Part shown: piece by piece, positions 39,848 through 49,471 of the stretch
Numbering within the stretch: the stretch's first letter is position 1
Layout: the number at the start of each line of letters is the position of its first letter
DNA from: Candidatus Saccharimonadia bacterium
GTDB taxonomy: Bacteria > Patescibacteriota > Saccharimonadia > Saccharimonadales > JALRHH01
Length of the DNA: 64,000 nucleotides
NCBI GenBank assembly: GCA_023253175.1
Contig: JALRHH010000002.1
Location: 199-64,198 of the forward strand
Reading direction: 5' to 3'
Translations under genes and position numbers: made by a program
The notes under the pieces: generated by a model
What the model was told of the DNA's origin: nothing
Seen by the model: only the letters and a program-made list of their open reading frames with translations
The model's database searches: none

Positions 39848-42808
39848 GTGGAAAAGCCAGTACTAGATCAAGCAATAGATATGCCTCCAGCAAATATTAT
39901 CATTCTTGGCTTGCCGGGTTCAGGCAAGACTACCCTTGGCGAGCTAATGGCAGAAGGCAATGGCGAAATGGAGTACATTTCAGTTGGCCAAATCTCACGC
40001 GAGCTACCTGATGACGATGAGCGCCGTCATTATGTAGATAATCTCTATAAGGAACACAATCGTCCGGTAGGAAGTCCGGATTTTTTTGTTGAACTCGTCA
40101 GACCAGCAATCAAAAAAGCGCATAGTGAGAATAAAGGCATAATCTTAGATGGCATTCCAAAAAAACCAGAAGAAATAGAACCACTTAATCGACTCCTCGA
40201 AGAAGAGGGCATCAAAATTGATGGCATCGTAATTTGTGAAGTTTCACCGTTTACAGCCCTACAGCGGGTTATAGACAGAGGGCCCCGTGAAGGAGGGCTT
40301 GATACCGTAGACACGGCCATAAACCGAGGCGCAGCTTACTGGGAGGCTATTGAGGGATTTCGGGGCAGACTCGGTGGGTTTCTTGGGCTTAAAATTGTGA
40401 ATGTTGATACGGAGCATTTAGACCCACAAACGGCAGTACATAAAGCGAATGAGATTTTGGAATCGATACGCCTTAAAGAGGCATCTGCCAATGTAATAGA
40501 TATAAAAACAAAAGAAGTAACGCTAGAAAAAGCTGAAATTGATCAAGTTCTGCAGTCAATCGAGAAACGTAACGACAAAGAGACTATGTTGTTGCTTTCT
40601 AGGCTATTTGTAGATACAAAATATGTACCCTTAATCGAGAAAATCCTTGATTCTAACCCGGACATAACACCATCTGACGTAAGTCATGAATTAGTTGCAG
40701 CAATGCCGGAGTTTAAATATCTACCCCTATCTGCAGGACGTTATGCTGATATGCTGATCAGAAATGTCTATGAACCCCTAAGAAACCTAGCTAATACCAT
40801 ACCCAAAGAAGCCAGGCTGCGAGCTAGTGGCAGACTGGATTCAGAAGTGTTAGGCGTCGTCATCAGAGAGGCTCTTGTTACCAAGGAGATTATTCGATGC
40901 TATCAAGGAAAAGCTAATAAAGTAAAAAGCTCTGAAGAGTTTGTAAATGAGGAATTCGAGATAAGAAAAGCAGACCTCGAGTACACAGAGTCTTTCCTTA
41001 GAAAAGCCAATGCACTACCAGACGGTATGACATTAAGAACACTCATGATGATACAACCACGATATTGGAACATCTTCACCTCCAGTGCATTACTTGGGTC
41101 AGTTGACGGCAACTATCAAAAGCATATCAATAGCCTTCCTGGCTCTCATCACTCACTATCAGTGCCTGTTGATATGCCGAGGCGAATGATAGCCAACTCC
41201 ATGGGAGAGTATCAACCATTCATTGAAGCCGTATCAACAAGCGAGAGAAGCGGCTTTGACACAAGCCTAGGATTCCTACACGTGATAGGTATGGACGAGA
41301 ATGGCAAAGCGTTTCAAGTTGAATGGCCTTTGTTGATGCAGGATTCGAGACTGGCGATGCATCCAAATGCATTATTAAGAGACATGCTCGCGCGAGGACA
41401 TGGGATATATTTTAATCATGATTTCTGGCATAACATTGTACCCGTATATGCTGAAAGCTTTAACTTATATCATCCTCACGCGCCTATTGCATATGGTGGA
41501 CTAATGCCAGAATATTTAGATTTCGGTAAAAGTCTACGATCGGAGAAAGAGGAATACGAGATTTTTGTTGCCATGACGCACGCACAGGCACAGCGATACA
41601 GAATGGAGCACGACCCTGAATACAAAAGATCACAAATAGAAGCAGCGTTGACAATCATTAATGATATACCCCACTTGAAGCAACAGCTTATTCAAAGTGA
41701 CGGCGAGAAATTTGCAGAAGATGTTTCAAAGTATTTCATGACCGTTACCATCGGCAGATTGTTGAATATCATCCCGCCTGATTCAAACGATCTTCTTCCC
41801 ATTGTAGATAAGCTTGAGAAAGACCCTTACCTTTCTCAAGACATATCAAAGTCAGACTTCTTAAAGCTTCTCTTTACTCAACGAATGGCCCTTGCAACAA
41901 AAGATAGTAGGCTAAGTTTTATGCAGGATATTCTGTCCGAGAGCAGCATAGATGAAGCCATAAAAGAAAGAATCATCGAAAGTCTTCTGCCCACAATCAA
42001 TAATATTGAACGTAAGCCAGCTCTTTCTCATGAGCTTATTGAGGAGCTCTGCCAACACAAAGCCATCGTCTCTATCGCGCTACAGTACATTGAACCCGCT
42101 AATCCCCATGCAGAATCAGGTTCAGTCGCACTATACAAATCCCTGGAAGATATGGGTCTCAAAGCACTTCTAGACAATGACACTCAACACATTAACCTAC
42201 GAGGCCTTTCGCTACTACGATGGCTAGCAATAGTCGCGCCACAAAGAGATCCCTTAAAAGGTCATATGGAAAAAGTACACGGCAAGAACGGGATTATTTT
42301 TGGAAACGAAATAGTTCCGCCTACAGAAGTTATCAGACGACACACTGAAACAATAATTCAAAATCAAGACGTATATGAATACAGAAAATGGGCCCGAGAA
42401 TTTGGTCAGAGTTTGGCGGCTAGTATCTACGATCTACTCCTGCACGACGGTCAAGCCAATAACAAAGACCAACGTACCGCCTTGTACATTCTCTCCAACT
42501 ACAATGGAGTAGACCCCGCTCAGCGACAGATCATAAACAATGGCATTAGAAAGCTAGATTTAATGTTAGAGGACTTAGTAAATGCAAAATACTCTCTTGA
42601 TATTTCTGATCTTGAAGAAATATCTGAACTCGCTGATGTGTGTAATGAGTATAGCCCCGAGCTCAGTGAGACAATCGCAGACAACCTAAAGCGCTACTCA
42701 TTCCTACAGCAGCAAGAAGTTGCCTATCAGACATTCGCAAGCACAAACTATGCTACGTCAAAAGCCGCCATAGAGAATTCAACCATGGATCTACTAGATA
42801 ATACATAA
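39848..42808 (+). CDS. 986-aa protein: N-terminal adenylate-kinase-like P-loop NMP kinase domain fused to a ~780-aa domain of unknown function
   Basis: IIILGLPGSGKTTLGELMA (P-loop), ISVGQISR, GIILDGIPKKPEEIEPL and RVIDRGPREGG parallel the adenylate kinase blocks GxPGxGKGT / ISTGDxLR / ILDGFPRT / R..R.DD. The remainder is largely helical with His-rich patches (FNHDFWHN, YHPHAP). GTG start at 39848; an alternative ATG lies at 39881. Confidence 0.6.
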   Translation: MEKPVLDQAIDMPPANIIILGLPGSGKTTLGELMAEGNGEMEYISVGQISRELPDDDERRHYVDNLYKEHNRPVGSPDFFVELVRPAIKKAHSENKGIILDGIPKKPEEIEPLNRLLEEEGIKIDGIVICEVSPFTALQRVIDRGPREGGLDTVDTAINRGAAYWEAIEGFRGRLGGFLGLKIVNVDTEHLDPQTAVHKANEILESIRLKEASANVIDIKTKEVTLEKAEIDQVLQSIEKRNDKETMLLLSRLFVDTKYVPLIEKILDSNPDITPSDVSHELVAAMPEFKYLPLSAGRYADMLIRNVYEPLRNLANTIPKEARLRASGRLDSEVLGVVIREALVTKEIIRCYQGKANKVKSSEEFVNEEFEIRKADLEYTESFLRKANALPDGMTLRTLMMIQPRYWNIFTSSALLGSVDGNYQKHINSLPGSHHSLSVPVDMPRRMIANSMGEYQPFIEAVSTSERSGFDTSLGFLHVIGMDENGKAFQVEWPLLMQDSRLAMHPNALLRDMLARGHGIYFNHDFWHNIVPVYAESFNLYHPHAPIAYGGLMPEYLDFGKSLRSEKEEYEIFVAMTHAQAQRYRMEHDPEYKRSQIEAALTIINDIPHLKQQLIQSDGEKFAEDVSKYFMTVTIGRLLNIIPPDSNDLLPIVDKLEKDPYLSQDISKSDFLKLLFTQRMALATKDSRLSFMQDILSESSIDEAIKERIIESLLPTINNIERKPALSHELIEELCQHKAIVSIALQYIEPANPHAESGSVALYKSLEDMGLKALLDNDTQHINLRGLSLLRWLAIVAPQRDPLKGHMEKVHGKNGIIFGNEIVPPTEVIRRHTETIIQNQDVYEYRKWAREFGQSLAASIYDLLLHDGQANNKDQRTALYILSNYNGVDPAQRQIINNGIRKLDLMLEDLVNAKYSLDISDLEEISELADVCNEYSPELSETIADNLKRYSFLQQQEVAYQTFASTNYATSKAAIENSTMDLLDNT

Positions 42809-42894
42809 AAACCCTGATCTCTATTTTATATTATTCTTTAATTTTCATCAGGAGTGGGGTAAGATGTCAACAACTTAAGTTAAAACACATAATT

Positions 42895-43287
42895 ATGCTA
42901 AAGATTGCGGTCATAGAAGACGACAAGCCGATCCAGATGCTCTACAAGACAAAGTTAGAGGTTGATGGTTTTGCCGTGGTGACAGCAGACAATGGCAAGC
43001 AAGGGCTAGAACGGCTCGAAGCTGAACTGCCTGATTTGGCCCTAGTTGACCTGCGCATGCCAGAAATGGGCGGAGATGAAATGCTGTCTCGCCTGCGTGA
43101 AACAGAGTGGGGGGCGAGCATTCGCGTGATCATTCTGACCAATATTAGCCGTGACGAAGCGCCCAGTGCGCTTCGTTTCTTAAATGTAGACCGCTACCTC
43201 GTCAAGGCGCATCACACCCCAAAACAGGTTGTTGACGTCGTAAATGAAGTACTGAACATTAAAAAGCATTCTAATCAAGGACGCTGA
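42895..43287 (+). CDS. single-domain (CheY-like) response regulator 1
   Basis: Receiver residues are intact: EDD, phospho-acceptor D in LALVDLRMP, T in ILTN, K in LVKA. No output domain. Confidence 0.85.
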   Translation: MLKIAVIEDDKPIQMLYKTKLEVDGFAVVTADNGKQGLERLEAELPDLALVDLRMPEMGGDEMLSRLRETEWGASIRVIILTNISRDEAPSALRFLNVDRYLVKAHHTPKQVVDVVNEVLNIKKHSNQGR

Positions 43288-43331
43288 CGAAGTTGCTTGC
43301 CGAAAGTCAGTAATTCACTTACGATAAGACT

Positions 43332-43700
43332 ATGCCTAAAATTGCAATTATCGAAGACGACCAAGCTATTAGCCAGATGTACCGCATGAAGTTCGAAGCC
43401 GAGGGCTTTGAGGTTGAAACTGCGGCTAATGGAAAGCTCGGACTTGAACTCGCCGATAAAATGCGACCAGATATTATCCTTTTGGACCTTATGATGCCAG
43501 AAATGACCGGTGATGAGATGTTAGTTAAGCTCCGTGAAGCCGACTGGGGCAAGAACATCCGCGTGATTATCCTGACAAATATGGGCGAACAAGAAGCCCC
43601 ACCAGTCATCAAAACACTTGGCGTAAAGCGCTTCATCATCAAAGCAGAGATGACCCCGCGGCAAGTTGCCGAAATGGTAAAGAACGAGCTTGCAGCGTAG
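43332..43700 (+). CDS. single-domain (CheY-like) response regulator 2
   Basis: Paralogue of RR1 with EDD, ILLDLMMP, ILTN and IIKA. Confidence 0.85.
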   Translation: MPKIAIIEDDQAISQMYRMKFEAEGFEVETAANGKLGLELADKMRPDIILLDLMMPEMTGDEMLVKLREADWGKNIRVIILTNMGEQEAPPVIKTLGVKRFIIKAEMTPRQVAEMVKNELAA

Positions 43701-43703
43701 CCT

Positions 43704-44084
43704 ATGGCGCATATTGTTTTAGTCGAAGACGACGCACTGCTGTCGGAGATGTATCAAGCCGCACTCATCAGCGAAGGCTTTCAGTGCTCTGTTGCGCTTG
43801 ACGGTACAACCGGCCTTGACCTGATCACCCACACCCAGCCAGACTTGGTTCTACTGGATCTGATGCTTCCACAAATGAGTGGCGACGAGGTACTTGCGAA
43901 AATGCGACAGCTAGATCGCACCAAGCATACTCGTGTCATAATTATGACCAATATCAGCGAAAGCGAAGCCCCTGAACAGCTTAAACACCTTCAGTTTGAG
44001 CGTTACATCGTAAAAGCCAACACGTCACTACTCGAAGTTATCGAAATTATTAAAAAAATGTTCGTATCCCAACCTGTTAAGTAG
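43704..44084 (+). CDS. single-domain (CheY-like) response regulator 3
   Basis: Paralogue of RR1/RR2 with EDD, VLLDLMLP, IMTN and IVKA. Starts 3 nt after the RR2 stop. Confidence 0.85.
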   Translation: MAHIVLVEDDALLSEMYQAALISEGFQCSVALDGTTGLDLITHTQPDLVLLDLMLPQMSGDEVLAKMRQLDRTKHTRVIIMTNISESEAPEQLKHLQFERYIVKANTSLLEVIEIIKKMFVSQPVK

Positions 44085-44119
44085 TGGCGTAATTGCCGTA
44101 AAACAGATACACTTGCAAT

Positions 44120-45415
44120 ATGAATATAGCTATTGTTGGCTTTGATACTGAAGGCAAAGCGACCTACGAGTTTTTATCCGCACAAGGGCATGAGCTTACA
44201 ATTTGCGACCAGAAGACTGATCTTGTCTTGCCGGAAAATACGACTTCGCAGCTGGGAGAAGGATACCTTGATGACCTTGATCGATTCGATCGTATCGTTC
44301 GTACGGCTGGGCTCCACCCTGCGAAGATTCTGGAAAAAAACCCGGACGTATTGGATAAAATCACCAGCCATATAAATCTTTTTTTTGAAAACACCCCGAC
44401 CAAAAATATTATTGGCATTACAGGTACGAAGGGTAAAGGCACGACAAGCACGCTCGTCGCGAAGATACTTGAGGCCAGTGGAAAAGATGTGAAGCTCGGC
44501 GGAAACATAGGGGTTCCACCGCTAACATTTCTAGACCGACTAACTGATCAATCATGGGTAGTGTTAGAACTCTCCAGCTTTCAGCTGATAGACCTTCGTG
44601 AATCACCGCATATTGCGGCAGTACTTATGATTGTTCCAGAACACCTAAACTGGCACGAAGATATGGAAGAATACATTGCCGCAAAGCAGCAACTCTTCAT
44701 TCATCAGTCCCCTGATGACATCGCAATTTACTTTGATGGCAACGAAGACTCATTAAGTGTTGCCGACGCCTCAGAGGGCCAACTGATACCATACTTTTCT
44801 GAACCCGGGGCGGTCATTCAGGATAATGTTATTCAAATAGACGACAATACTATATGCCACATGGATGAATTAAAGCTACTCGGTGCACATAATTTACAAA
44901 ATGTGTGCGCAGCTGTGACGACAACCTGGCAGGTTACTCATGACACCAAGGCAATGAAGCAAGTACTCACCTCCTTTACCGGGCTTCCCCACCGTCTGGA
45001 ATTTGTACGAGAGCTCGATGGCATCAAATACTATGATGATTCGTTTGGTACCACACCTGAAACCGCAATAGTTGCGATTGAATCATTTGAGCAGCCAAAA
45101 GTTGTTATCCTCGGTGGGTCCGACAAGGGGGCATCGTTTGAAGCATTGGCGGATAGTGTGATCAAACATGCAGTTCGCGCGGTTATTTACATAGGAGCAA
45201 CCGGACCAGCCATTGCTGACATCCTTCGAAAAAAGGGATATACCAACCTCCACGAAGGTGGCAGTACAATGGACTCAATCGTTACGGCCGCGCGCAACGT
45301 AGCCCAGCCTGGGGACGTCATATTATTATCGACAGGCTGCGCAAGCTTTGGGCTGTTCAACGATTACAAAGACCGTGGCAATCAGTTTATCGAAGCTGTC
45401 AAACAGCTAAACTAG
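44120..45415 (+). CDS. murD: UDP-N-acetylmuramoylalanine--D-glutamate ligase
   Basis: Mur ligase P-loop GITGTKGKGTT, plus LPHRLE and SFG(T/L) blocks. 431 aa. Confidence 0.88.
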   Translation: MNIAIVGFDTEGKATYEFLSAQGHELTICDQKTDLVLPENTTSQLGEGYLDDLDRFDRIVRTAGLHPAKILEKNPDVLDKITSHINLFFENTPTKNIIGITGTKGKGTTSTLVAKILEASGKDVKLGGNIGVPPLTFLDRLTDQSWVVLELSSFQLIDLRESPHIAAVLMIVPEHLNWHEDMEEYIAAKQQLFIHQSPDDIAIYFDGNEDSLSVADASEGQLIPYFSEPGAVIQDNVIQIDDNTICHMDELKLLGAHNLQNVCAAVTTTWQVTHDTKAMKQVLTSFTGLPHRLEFVRELDGIKYYDDSFGTTPETAIVAIESFEQPKVVILGGSDKGASFEALADSVIKHAVRAVIYIGATGPAIADILRKKGYTNLHEGGSTMDSIVTAARNVAQPGDVILLSTGCASFGLFNDYKDRGNQFIEAVKQLN

Positions 45416-46052
45416 CCAGTACGCGGTTAAGCTGCCTAATAATTGCAGGCTCAGGCTGCAGAACGATTGCTCTTCCCTTTGCGAGCTTTTGAATATCTTG
45501 TTCAATCCAGTGATAATGCGTGCATCCAAGCACGATCACATCAGCACCAGCATCAAGCACTTCGATAATTCGGCCGTCGACTTTTTTCCTATCCACGTTA
45601 TTTGCCTGGATCATTGCCGCCCAGTCACTGCAGTCAGGCTCTAATACCGTGGTATCTTTTGCATAAGTATCCTTGAGCCAGCCATACCGCTTGCTCTTAA
45701 GCGTGGCAGGCGTTGCACAGACAGCAACTATACCAGTTTTAGTTTGCTGTGCCGCTGGCTTAACCATTGGTTCGATACCTACCAATGGCACACTTATCTG
45801 CTCCCTAAGCTGCCTGATGATTGTAGTCGTCACGGTATTGCATGCGATCACGATAACCTCACACCCCTGCTCTATCATTTCCTGTAAGATTGGAGTAACG
45901 AGGTCTAGTAGCTGCTCAGGCGTCTTATTGCCATAGGGTAGATGAGCGCTATCATCTCTAAAGATAACTTCACTATCTGGGAAAGTCTCTCTTATCGCCC
46001 GCGCAACAGACTCACCACCCCTGCCAGAATCAAACACACCAATAGTATGCAT
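45399..46052 (-). CDS. murI: glutamate racemase (short form, 217 aa)
   Basis: FDSGRGG, IACNT and LGCTHY catalytic-Cys blocks. Convergent 17-nt overlap with murD. Confidence 0.8.
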   Translation of the reverse strand: MHTIGVFDSGRGGESVARAIRETFPDSEVIFRDDSAHLPYGNKTPEQLLDLVTPILQEMIEQGCEVIVIACNTVTTTIIRQLREQISVPLVGIEPMVKPAAQQTKTGIVAVCATPATLKSKRYGWLKDTYAKDTTVLEPDCSDWAAMIQANNVDRKKVDGRIIEVLDAGADVIVLGCTHYHWIEQDIQKLAKGRAIVLQPEPAIIRQLNRVLASLAV

Positions 46053-46864
46053 TATGAATCCTGGATAGTATTACGAGCGGCGCGGAGTACGTTATCGAAT
46101 AAAGCACAGACGGTTAGTGGACCAACGCCGCCTTTTGCTGGGGTGATCGTAAGGTCATCTCTGTCATAAAGCTCCGGTGCAACATCGCCGACAGTCTTGC
46201 CGTCTTCACTGGCCACACCCGCATCAACCACGACGGCACCTTCCTTGATCATATCCGGATACAGGATTGCAGGGCTGCCAGTTGCAGTCACAATTACGTC
46301 AGCATCCTGAGTTTTTTCACCAAGATTTTCGGTATTTCTATCGGCAACCGTTACGTCAACTTCTGAACTTTTCAATATTTTTTCAAGCGGTGCGCCGACA
46401 AGCTTACCACGCCCAATAAGGAGTACTTTTTTGCCGCGAAGATCTACATTATACCCAGCCAGCAGCCACATGATTGCCATCGGTGTTGCGGGTTCAAACA
46501 CTGCATCCTTACCAAGCGCATCAACATCTTTTTCCGGAGCAACCAGATTAACAATAGCGTCTGTTTCTGATGGATCAGCTAAAGGAAGCTGTACGATAAT
46601 GCCATGCACGGAGTCATCCTCGTTAAGCCGCTGGATCACTTGTGGTGCCTCTTCTTGCTTTGGGTGATGGGACTCAACCTCTATATCAATATCTGCGCCG
46701 TATCGCTTTTTAAGACGTACATAGGTATCAATTACGGGGTCTTGCTTGACTTGTACTATTGCGAGCTTTGGCGTAATGTCATGAGCCTGAATGAGAGCAC
46801 GAGCCTGCTGCGCCTGACGAAGCTTAATAAAGTCAGCTAATTCTTTGCCATTGAGTAGTTTCAT
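46052..46864 (-). CDS. folD: bifunctional methylenetetrahydrofolate dehydrogenase/cyclohydrolase
   Basis: MKLLNGKELA start at 46864, GRGKLVGAPL and PAKGGVGPLTV. Confidence 0.88.
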   Translation of the reverse strand: MKLLNGKELADFIKLRQAQQARALIQAHDITPKLAIVQVKQDPVIDTYVRLKKRYGADIDIEVESHHPKQEEAPQVIQRLNEDDSVHGIIVQLPLADPSETDAIVNLVAPEKDVDALGKDAVFEPATPMAIMWLLAGYNVDLRGKKVLLIGRGKLVGAPLEKILKSSEVDVTVADRNTENLGEKTQDADVIVTATGSPAILYPDMIKEGAVVVDAGVASEDGKTVGDVAPELYDRDDLTITPAKGGVGPLTVCALFDNVLRAARNTIQDS

Positions 46865-46944
46865 ATCTGGGATATTATACGTCAAAGGGGCTTGCAAAAA
46901 CAGAGGTAATTTGTTACAATCGTCTGGTCCTAACATAAAAGTTT

Positions 46945-47021
46945 GGGCCTGTAGCTCAGTTGGTTAGAGCAGCGGACTCTTAATCCGCGTGTCGTGGGTT
47001 CGAATCCCACCAGGCCCTCCA
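46945..47021 (+). tRNA. tRNA-Lys (anticodon CUU), CCA encoded; integration target of the island
   Basis: GGGCCTGTAGCTCAGTTGGTTAGAGCAGCGGACTCTTAATCCGCGTGTCGTGGGTTCGAATCCCACCAGGCCCTCCA. Anticodon loop is CTCTTAA. Confidence 0.9.
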
Positions 47022-48602
47022 AATATCCAGTTTTGAATCTGAATACCAATCTATATCTGTAGATTGGTATTTTTGTTTAGTTCGTCCCTTTACAGCCAAG
47101 GGCTTAAGCCATTCATTAGGTTCGATAGTTAATTTGCCATTCATTAGGGTTATAGATTTGCTGAATGATGTAATAATTTTTCTCTTATCTAGGATCGTCC
47201 CACTACTGAATTTTGAAGCCGCAGTAAAGGCTAATTCTATGGTGTCTTCCGCAATTTTAAGCCAATCAGTTGTCCGCTTATTGCAATCAATCAACTCTTC
47301 GTCTAATTTACGAAGGTTTTGCTTAAAAATGCCGGACCTTGTGGTATATTCAGAGTCGTTTATAAGCTTTAATGCGCGCATTTCGATAAGGCCATTCAAC
47401 TTATCCATCTCGACCTCTTTCCTGTCCATCACATTCTGCCTAAATGCCTTATTAAATTTACTCTCAGCAGCATGCTTACTGCGCAAAATAGAAAGTGCGA
47501 TGTCTTTAAACTCAGGTACAATTTGATATTGCGATATTATCTCCCTGATCTGATTTTCGATTGACTCGAGACGTGTATATTTCTTTTGGGTACAAACTTT
47601 CGACTGGCTCTTCCTGGTACAGTGATAATGCACATAAGTTTTATACTCATTCAACGACTTAATATATTTAGTATTAGACTTTCCCACTACGCTACAGCCA
47701 CACTCCCCACATCTAATCAAACCCGTAAAAGAGTAGGCGTGGGTATTTGATCTAGGCTTTCCTCTATCTTTAAGAATACGTTGAGCAAGATCAAACTGCT
47801 CTAGCGATATCATAGCCTTGTGATTTCCTTTGTAGAGTTCACCATTGTGCGATATATAACCTGCGTAGAACGGATTAGTAAATATGTTATAGATCATGCT
47901 CGTGGGCATTTTCTTGCCACCAGCACGCTTTGTTCTTCGTGTTCTAAAACCCCATTCTTCATTCGCAATACGACATATTTGGCCAGGAGTATAAATTCCA
48001 CTAAACAACATATCCCACATTTTTAAGATTAAGTCGTAAGGCTTTTGGTCAATCTCAGTAGACGTAATAATTTTGTCTTTATTGGTCTGCAGCCTACCGA
48101 ATTGATCAAGTAAGGGAACTTTCATATATCCCTGCGGAACCTGACCGGGACGCTCACCGTTTGACGCTTTCTGTTCCATACCCCGCTTAACATCGCGGCC
48201 TTGTTTTGCGGACTCGTACTGTGATTGGTTCATCGTCATTTGAAGCATCATTATGCCCTCGGCACTATTGTCAAAACCGAATGTACAGAATTTTAAATCT
48301 TTTAACGTTGATCTGAGCCTGTATGTTATGGCAGCTGAATCTATTTCATTACGAGATAGTCTATTTGGATGCCAACATACTATTCCATCTGCAAATCCTT
48401 CATCTATTAGATCGAGCATTTCATTAAAAATGCTCCGACCAGGCTTAAAAGCAGTTTTACTTTCAGGTTCCATCCACTTCACTATCTCAATATTCGGATA
48501 GTATTCCTTGATTTTACTTATCTGTGACTGAAGTGAAAGCTCCTGCCGCTCTGCCCGCTCTTCAGACTTTCTAACATATGCGATGTATCTTAGGTTTGTC
48601 AT
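46980..48602 (-). CDS. large serine recombinase (integrase)
   Basis: N-terminal resolvase-type catalytic region IAYVRKSEERAERQELSLQSQ, a recombinase domain, a zinc ribbon CGECG...HYHC and a long coiled-coil C-terminus. The last ~13 codons are encoded by the reverse complement of the tRNA-Lys T-arm (…WRAWWDSNPRHAD). Confidence 0.85.
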   Translation of the reverse strand: MTNLRYIAYVRKSEERAERQELSLQSQISKIKEYYPNIEIVKWMEPESKTAFKPGRSIFNEMLDLIDEGFADGIVCWHPNRLSRNEIDSAAITYRLRSTLKDLKFCTFGFDNSAEGIMMLQMTMNQSQYESAKQGRDVKRGMEQKASNGERPGQVPQGYMKVPLLDQFGRLQTNKDKIITSTEIDQKPYDLILKMWDMLFSGIYTPGQICRIANEEWGFRTRRTKRAGGKKMPTSMIYNIFTNPFYAGYISHNGELYKGNHKAMISLEQFDLAQRILKDRGKPRSNTHAYSFTGLIRCGECGCSVVGKSNTKYIKSLNEYKTYVHYHCTRKSQSKVCTQKKYTRLESIENQIREIISQYQIVPEFKDIALSILRSKHAAESKFNKAFRQNVMDRKEVEMDKLNGLIEMRALKLINDSEYTTRSGIFKQNLRKLDEELIDCNKRTTDWLKIAEDTIELAFTAASKFSSGTILDKRKIITSFSKSITLMNGKLTIEPNEWLKPLAVKGRTKQKYQSTDIDWYSDSKLDIWRAWWDSNPRHAD

Positions 48603-48745
48603 TTAAACTCCACTTAAAAGGACGGCCCTGGTTCACCCAATAAGATAGAAATCTACTGGCAAGGCCGCCCTTAAAAGGCAGTATGTATGATTCTCTATCT
48701 ATATGGGTGAACTCGTTAATTATACGCTATTTATATATTCTTAAG

Positions 48746-49261
48746 TTAGTTCTGAACGTCATTGCCGAACAGTAACTCTGCTTCGGATACTTGCCTCTTC
48801 TGATGTCGTTGTATTAAACCTAATTTAGATTGGTAAGGTTTCTTGGTATTCTTTGTAATAGATTTCCTATGCTCCTCAATCTTTATATCTACCTCCCTTA
48901 GAGCAAGATGGTTGCTTTTCATTAAACTGGTTATGATTAATGTAAGCTTACTGATTTCCACCCTATAATGGTGTTTTGCTGGAATTGAAGCCAGTTTATG
49001 GCTAACAACCCCATAGTTAATCAATATATTTAAGGCAGTCCTCTGATTATTTCTGGAAAGCCCCGTCTCTATAAACATTTCATCTGCAGTCTTATAGAAA
49101 TATCCATCTTTTCTACTGGTTTTATCTTGCCAGTAGAGCAGCTGGTTGAACATAATCGCAGCATCTCGAGATTTAAAACATATTGCAAGCGCGCCTGAGT
49201 ATGCTATTGGCCTTTGCTTAATTAAGCTATATACAACTTGCTGATGTTTGCTCAGACTCAC
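48746..49261 (-). CDS. island-encoded putative winged-helix DNA-binding/replication-organiser-like protein
   Basis: The block YFYKTADEMFIETGLSRNNQRTALNILINYGVV resembles DnaD/phage replication-organiser N-terminal wHTH proteins. Start taken at the GTG at 49261, preceded by AAGGAG; the track ORF starts at 49303. Confidence 0.45.
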   Translation of the reverse strand: MSLSKHQQVVYSLIKQRPIAYSGALAICFKSRDAAIMFNQLLYWQDKTSRKDGYFYKTADEMFIETGLSRNNQRTALNILINYGVVSHKLASIPAKHHYRVEISKLTLIITSLMKSNHLALREVDIKIEEHRKSITKNTKKPYQSKLGLIQRHQKRQVSEAELLFGNDVQN

Positions 49262-49266
49262 TCCAG

Positions 49267-49413
49267 TCACTCCTTTGGTGTTATTGATTCTATAAACATA
49301 CAAAGCTCTGCTATCTTCATTCGCGCCTCCTCATTACTAATATCCATAGAGTAGAGGTCTTTAAAAGTCCTTCTAAATATCTTTATATGTTCAGTAGTAA
49401 TGTCTGCGTTCAT
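49267..49413 (-). CDS. small island ORF (48 aa), possible excisionase/regulator
   Basis: Below the track cutoff. Reads MNADITTEHIKIFRRTFKDLYSMDISNEEARMKIAELCMFIESITPKE. Its stop sits 3 nt before the proposed GTG start of the downstream gene. Confidence 0.3.
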   Translation of the reverse strand: MNADITTEHIKIFRRTFKDLYSMDISNEEARMKIAELCMFIESITPKE

Positions 49414-49427
49414 ATCTTAAGTAATCT

Positions 49428-49471
49428 AAAAGCCCTCATTCTTATGACTGGTATAGAACGAGGGCTTTTTT
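49428..49471. terminator. hairpin flanked by A/T runs separating island cargo genes from the recombination module
   Basis: aaaagccctc-(22 nt)-gagggctttttt. Could act as a terminator in either direction. Confidence 0.4.
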
